DNA of 22,242 nucleotides from Synechococcus sp. (lineage in GTDB: Bacteria > Cyanobacteriota > Cyanobacteriia > Thermostichales > PCC-7336), in assembly GCA_051439425.1 (NCBI GenBank), contig JBFRWD010000116.1, forward strand, positions 1-22,242. The letters run 5' to 3'. The notes beneath the pieces were generated by a model. That model worked only from the letters and a program-made list of their open reading frames with translations. It made no database searches and was not told the DNA's origin. This document shows, piece after piece, positions 17,891-22,242 of this stretch. A program made the translations under genes and the position numbers. How positions within the stretch are numbered: the stretch's first letter is position 1; every line of letters begins with the position of its first letter.

Positions 17891-18094
17891 TTACTCTTCT
17901 TCTGGATTGCGTTGGTTACGACGAATCAGGTAATTGAACAGTCCGTAAGCTAAGAAGGTCCACATAAAAGCAGAGTCGCTAATCTGTCCCGAAATCAGCA
18001 GCCAGCAAAAAAATGCCGCACTTGCATACTGAATGACATTGAGTAGCAATGTTTTGTTGGTCATTTTACTTTCTTGTCGATTGTAATCCTGCAC
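17891..18094 (-). CDS. Small two-TM hypothetical protein directly after urtE
   Basis: GTG at 18094 overlaps urtE TAG; alternative ATG at 18064 after AGAAAG; hydrophobic hairpin then charged tail. Confidence 0.55.
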   Translation of the reverse strand: MQDYNRQESKMTNKTLLLNVIQYASAAFFCWLLISGQISDSAFMWTFLAYGLFNYLIRRNQRNPEEE

Positions 18095-18831
18095 TATACG
18101 GATAGGTAGGACTGTACTTCTGCTTCATCCATGTCGCTTGTTTTTCCTTCCATCACCAAGCTGCCATTTTCGATCAGATAGTAATAGTCGGCTAAGCTTT
18201 GGGCGAATTGGAAATACTGCTCTACGAGTAGGATGGCGACTCCTTGTTCTTTTTTGATTTTGGTGATCGCCTCTTCAATCTCGATAATGATCGACGGCTG
18301 GATTCCTTCTGTTGGCTCGTCTAATACCAACAGCTTCGGTTTAGCTACTAATGCGCGGGCAATCGCCAATTGTTGCTGTTGACCCCCGCTCAAATCCCCG
18401 CCATATCGACTCAAAAAGTCTTTCAAAACTGGGAATAGTTCGTAGACAAAATCGGGGATTTTCTTGATAGTTCCTGCCGATGCTTCCAGTCCTACTGCTA
18501 AATTCTCCTCAACTGTCAACTTGGGGAAAATTTCTCGTCCTTGCGGTACGTAACCGATACCGGCACAAGCACGTTGATAAGGCTTGGACTTAGAAATCGT
18601 ATCCCCGTCCAACACAAGCGAGCCCGAACGCTGGCGCAACAATCCCATGATGGTTTTCAGAGTGGTGGTCTTGCCCATGCCGTTACGACCTAGCAAACAC
18701 ACCGCCTGACCGGGCATTACCTTGAAGGATAAATTTCGGATGATATGACTCTGGCTGTAGTAGACGTTTAGGTCGTTAACTTCCAGCAAGGGTTGAGTAG
18801 CTGTAGCAGTGGAAGGGGCAGAGACGGTCAT
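18094..18831 (-). CDS. urtE: Urea ABC transporter ATP-binding subunit
   Basis: GRNGMGKTT Walker A, YVPQGREIF, LSGGQQQQLAIARAL, LDEPTEGIQPSII, LLVEQY. Confidence 0.93.
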   Translation of the reverse strand: MTVSAPSTATATQPLLEVNDLNVYYSQSHIIRNLSFKVMPGQAVCLLGRNGMGKTTTLKTIMGLLRQRSGSLVLDGDTISKSKPYQRACAGIGYVPQGREIFPKLTVEENLAVGLEASAGTIKKIPDFVYELFPVLKDFLSRYGGDLSGGQQQQLAIARALVAKPKLLVLDEPTEGIQPSIIIEIEEAITKIKKEQGVAILLVEQYFQFAQSLADYYYLIENGSLVMEGKTSDMDEAEVQSYLSV

Positions 18832-18969
18832 TGTTTCCAGTATCCAATTGTGGTGGTATCCCGATGCTTGTTGCCCAATACCGTATGGTGTCCGAGCAGC
18901 TTCGAGAAGAACTAGAGAGAGCGCGCTAACGGGCGTGACTGCTGGTAGATACCGCAGTTAATAGATAGC

Positions 18970-18996
18970 TCAGCTCAAAGAAATTCAGCTCAAAGA
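18970..18996. repeat. 12-bp direct repeat TCAGCTCAAAGA x2 just downstream of urtD
   Basis: Perfect copies at 18970-18981 and 18985-18996. Confidence 0.65.
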
Positions 18997-19010
18997 TTGT
19001 GCAGTCGCGA

Positions 19011-19772
19011 CTAAACAGCTGCAGCTTCAGCCTTGTGAGATCCGAGATAGACCTCGATCACGCGAGGATCGTTTTGTACTTCATCGAACGTGCCTTCGCA
19101 GAGCATCTGTCCCTGGTGCAGAACCGTGACATTGCGAGCGATTTGGCGGACAAACACCATGTCGTGCTCGATTACCAGAATGGCGTGCTCTTCAGCCAAA
19201 ACTTCGATCAGTTCGCCAGTTGCTTCGGTTTCTTTATCGGTCATTCCGGCAACGCATTCATCCAGCAACAGCAGGTCGGGATCTTGAGCCACCATCATGC
19301 CGATTTCCAACCATTGTTTTTGGCCGTGGGATAGCGTTCCGGCAGGTAGGCCAGCAACGGCTTTGAGGCCACAGATGTCCAGAACTTCGTAAATGCGATC
19401 GCGATCGGCCGGTTTACGAGTGGAGAATAATGTTTTGAGAACGTCTTTATTGCGGTTGTAGGACAGCTCGACATTCTCAAATACGGTCAAATTGAGGAAG
19501 ACTCGCGGTGTCTGGAACTTGCGCCCAATTCCCATGCGAGCAATCTTGTATTCGGGAATCGAGGTGATATCTTTTCCCTTGAAAAACACTTTGCCGCTAG
19601 TCGGTTGCACCTTACCGGTGATGACGTCGCACAGTGTAGTTTTTCCTGCACCGTTGGGGCCAATAACCACCCGCAACTCGTCGGGGGTCATCGAAAAACT
19701 GAGGTTATCGATCGCCTTAAATCCATCAAAACTGACGGTGACGTTCTCCACCCGAATAATTTCATCGGCCAT
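19011..19772 (-). CDS. urtD: Urea ABC transporter ATP-binding subunit
   Basis: VSFDGFKA, GPNGAGKTT, GRKFQTP, LSHGQKQWLEIGM, VIEHDM, VIEVYLG. Confidence 0.94.
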   Translation of the reverse strand: MADEIIRVENVTVSFDGFKAIDNLSFSMTPDELRVVIGPNGAGKTTLCDVITGKVQPTSGKVFFKGKDITSIPEYKIARMGIGRKFQTPRVFLNLTVFENVELSYNRNKDVLKTLFSTRKPADRDRIYEVLDICGLKAVAGLPAGTLSHGQKQWLEIGMMVAQDPDLLLLDECVAGMTDKETEATGELIEVLAEEHAILVIEHDMVFVRQIARNVTVLHQGQMLCEGTFDEVQNDPRVIEVYLGSHKAEAAAV

Positions 19773-19804
19773 GACTGCTCCTTCCCGTTATATGGCTTAT
19801 GTGC

Positions 19805-20941
19805 TTAGCCAACTGATTCGGTCAGCTCGGACTCGTTTCTCACCCCTCTAAAAAACACTTTGCGGGCTAGATCCCCTAAGGTTCCAACAATCCCCTTGGG
19901 GAGAAAAACAACCACTAGCAATAAAACTGCCCCCTGCAGCAGCAACCAAAACTGCGGGAAACTTTCGCTCAAGTTTGTTTTGACGGCATTCACCAAGATT
20001 GCTCCGAGAACGGCTCCTGCAAGCGTTCCCCGACCGCCGACCGCTACCCAAATCACAAAGTCAATCGAGAGCAAAATACCAGCTTGATTGGGATTAATAA
20101 TCAGAACCTGTGGAACGAATAAGGCTCCGGCGATTCCGGCGATCGCTGCCGAAATTACGTAAATGACCAGCTTGTAAAACGCCACGTGATATCCGGCATA
20201 GCGGGCTCGAAATTCATCATCCCGAATTGCCACCATCAAGCGGCCAAACTTACCGCTAGTTAACCAGCGAGAAAAGACATACACCGCTAGCAACATCAGC
20301 ACCGTAATCACATACAGTACTTTGCGGGTTTCGGGGGTGTTGATGTTGGCCCCAAACAGCGTGGTGAAGTTGGTTAACCCGTTGGTTCCTGCTGTGTATT
20401 CCAAATAGCCCACCAACAACACGCTCAATACCAGCGATGTGGCTTGAGTAATGATGGCAAAGTAGACACCCTTGATCCGGTTTCTGAAGATTAGATACCC
20501 AAGGACAAGGGCAAACAATGAAGGGACAATGACAACTGCCGCCAGCGCAAACCAAGGGTTTTTAAATGGCTCCCACCAAAACGGTAGCCCCTCAAGGCCT
20601 CCATAAGCCATGAAATCGGGGATGGGTAGTCCCGATGGATTGCTGGTAGAACCTGGAGCCATTAACTTCAGGTGCATCCCCATGCAGTAACCACCTAGGG
20701 CAAAGAAAACAGCATGGCCCAGACTGAGCATGCCGGTGTACCCCCAAATTAGGTCGATCGCGATCGCCACAATTGCATACGAGCACCAGCGCCCAAGCAG
20801 ATTTAAGCGAAAGCCGCTCATGGTCGATGGCAAAATAAATAGCGCGATCGCTGCCAGAACAATAATTGTGGCAATCTCAGCCCATTGTTTTTTTGACTGA
20901 ATCTTCTGAGCCAGTGTTGGCGGGTCTGAACTTACGGTCAT
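19805..20941 (-). CDS. urtC: Urea ABC transporter permease
   Basis: DLIWGYTGMLSLGH, IKGVYFAIITQA, GTNGLTNF, AIRDDE, VIWVAVGGRGTL. Confidence 0.92.
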   Translation of the reverse strand: MTVSSDPPTLAQKIQSKKQWAEIATIIVLAAIALFILPSTMSGFRLNLLGRWCSYAIVAIAIDLIWGYTGMLSLGHAVFFALGGYCMGMHLKLMAPGSTSNPSGLPIPDFMAYGGLEGLPFWWEPFKNPWFALAAVVIVPSLFALVLGYLIFRNRIKGVYFAIITQATSLVLSVLLVGYLEYTAGTNGLTNFTTLFGANINTPETRKVLYVITVLMLLAVYVFSRWLTSGKFGRLMVAIRDDEFRARYAGYHVAFYKLVIYVISAAIAGIAGALFVPQVLIINPNQAGILLSIDFVIWVAVGGRGTLAGAVLGAILVNAVKTNLSESFPQFWLLLQGAVLLLVVVFLPKGIVGTLGDLARKVFFRGVRNESELTESVG

Positions 20942-21111
20942 GTGGTTGTCCCCTTGGATACAAGAGCGGGATGGACGGGGGCCCCCGCTTCAAACGAATG
21001 AAATGATTGGCAACATCTACGTGAAAGATGTTAGGCAGTCGAGCTGACAGGTTGATGACTCATTAACTCGAGAATGCAATTAATTTAGTATTGATCTGCC
21101 AACAGCGAATC

Positions 21112-22185
21112 CTAATCGATACCTCTACCCTTTTGGGGAAACAGACCGCCTGGTTTAAATTGCAGAACCAAAATCACAATCGCAAACGTGAGTGCTTTAC
21201 CCAAGCTGCCATTCAGCAGAGACTCGTTGAAGGTATTCAAGAATCCTAGAATCGTTGCTCCGGCTAAGGTTCCTATCAGTTTGCCGACACCTCCAACCAC
21301 CACAACCATGAACGAGTCCACGATTAAATTTTGACCGGTTGAGGGACCGACAGACCCAATCAGGGTTAATAATGCGCCGCAAACCCCTGCAAGCCCGGAG
21401 CCAATCCCAAACGTCATTGCGTCAACCTGAACGGTGGGAATACCCATGCATGAGGCCATGGCTCGGTTTTGAGTTACGGCTCGAATTCTGAGGCCGAATT
21501 TAGAGCGACTTAGGAATGTGAACAGGGTCAATAAAACCAGTACAGCAACAACTAGCACAAATATGCGGGTGAATGGCAAGACAACAAATGTGCCTGGAAT
21601 CCGAAATTGGTTTCCCAGGAAGTGGGGCTTGTTGACATCAACGTTCTGAGCACCAAACAGAATTCGTACTGTCTGCTGAAGGATTAAACTCACCCCCCAG
21701 GTCGCCATTAATGTATCTAAAGCTCGGCCATACAAGCGACTTACAACAAGTCTTTCTAAGATAATTCCGAGGATACCTGCAAATATAAAGGCTCCAAAGA
21801 TTGTGACCAAAAAGGCTAGATCGTACAGAACCGGATGGGCTTCAAAAAACACTCGGCTATAGTCGGTAATCCCTGCTGGATCTTGTCCGCAGCCACCCGC
21901 GCACACAATCCGACCAAATACGAACCGTTGAAGAACGTAGGTTGTATAGCAGCCCATCATAATGAACTCGCCGTGAGCCATATTGATGACGCCCATCAAA
22001 CCAAACGTAATGGCCAGCCCCAAGCCAATCAATAGAAAAATGGAGCTGGTGCTAATGGCATTAAAGAGCTGGGTTAATAGAAAAAATCCGTTTCGTGCCC
22101 AGAGAACCTGTATTCCGTTATCAACAATAAACAGTTCTGCTTTTGCAAAAAGCGTTGGGGAATGGGACAGCACTAGATCGAGCAT
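21112..22185 (-). CDS. urtB: Urea ABC transporter permease
   Basis: LGLAITFGLMGVINMAHGE, DTLMATWGVSLILQQ, GLRIRAVTQNRAMA, VDSFMVVVVGGVG, PGGLFPQKGR. Confidence 0.92.
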   Translation of the reverse strand: MLDLVLSHSPTLFAKAELFIVDNGIQVLWARNGFFLLTQLFNAISTSSIFLLIGLGLAITFGLMGVINMAHGEFIMMGCYTTYVLQRFVFGRIVCAGGCGQDPAGITDYSRVFFEAHPVLYDLAFLVTIFGAFIFAGILGIILERLVVSRLYGRALDTLMATWGVSLILQQTVRILFGAQNVDVNKPHFLGNQFRIPGTFVVLPFTRIFVLVVAVLVLLTLFTFLSRSKFGLRIRAVTQNRAMASCMGIPTVQVDAMTFGIGSGLAGVCGALLTLIGSVGPSTGQNLIVDSFMVVVVGGVGKLIGTLAGATILGFLNTFNESLLNGSLGKALTFAIVILVLQFKPGGLFPQKGRGID

Positions 22186-22242
22186 GTCGCGAGCCTTCCT
22201 GTCTCAATGAGTTTGCTAGAGCGATAGCCCAATTTTGATTGA

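Larger units (their letters stand above)
964..20851. repeat. Dispersed HIP1 palindrome GCGATCGC (at least 20 copies)
   Basis: Seen e.g. at 964, 1978, 5476, 5994, 6591, 8147, 8556, 9214, 9955, 10434, 10617, 10848, 13709, 15113, 15335, 15675, 16364, 16718, 16805, 19395, 20139, 20760, 20844; hallmark of many cyanobacteria. Confidence 0.9.

Overview
Cyanobacterial chromosomal window (chlG present; HIP1 octamer GCGATCGC about once per kb by eye). Left to right: decayed IS6-family transposase with a duplicated end motif, bolA, a secreted metallophosphoesterase, pepN-type M1 aminopeptidase with HEAT repeats, chlG, a pentapeptide-repeat protein, mdh, a RidA-family gene, an ABC1/UbiB kinase broken by one in-frame TAA, a ~1.9 kb HIP1-free and partly AT-rich insert (frameshifted orphan membrane-anchored protein plus an antitoxin/PIN-toxin pair), a divergent hopanoid pair shc / hpnB-like glycosyltransferase, a TPR protein, two small membrane ORFs and urtBCDE of a urea ABC transporter (urtA presumably beyond the right edge). 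The most unusual signals are non-coding: (i) a strong G-versus-C strand skew that ignores gene direction and flips across the 11.3-13.2 kb insert, (ii) two 95-bp, 77%-identical structured MITE-like elements 12 kb apart, and (iii) two dense palindromic intergenic elements flanking ridA. No CRISPR array, tRNA or rRNA was recognised. All family calls are from motif recognition, not database searches.
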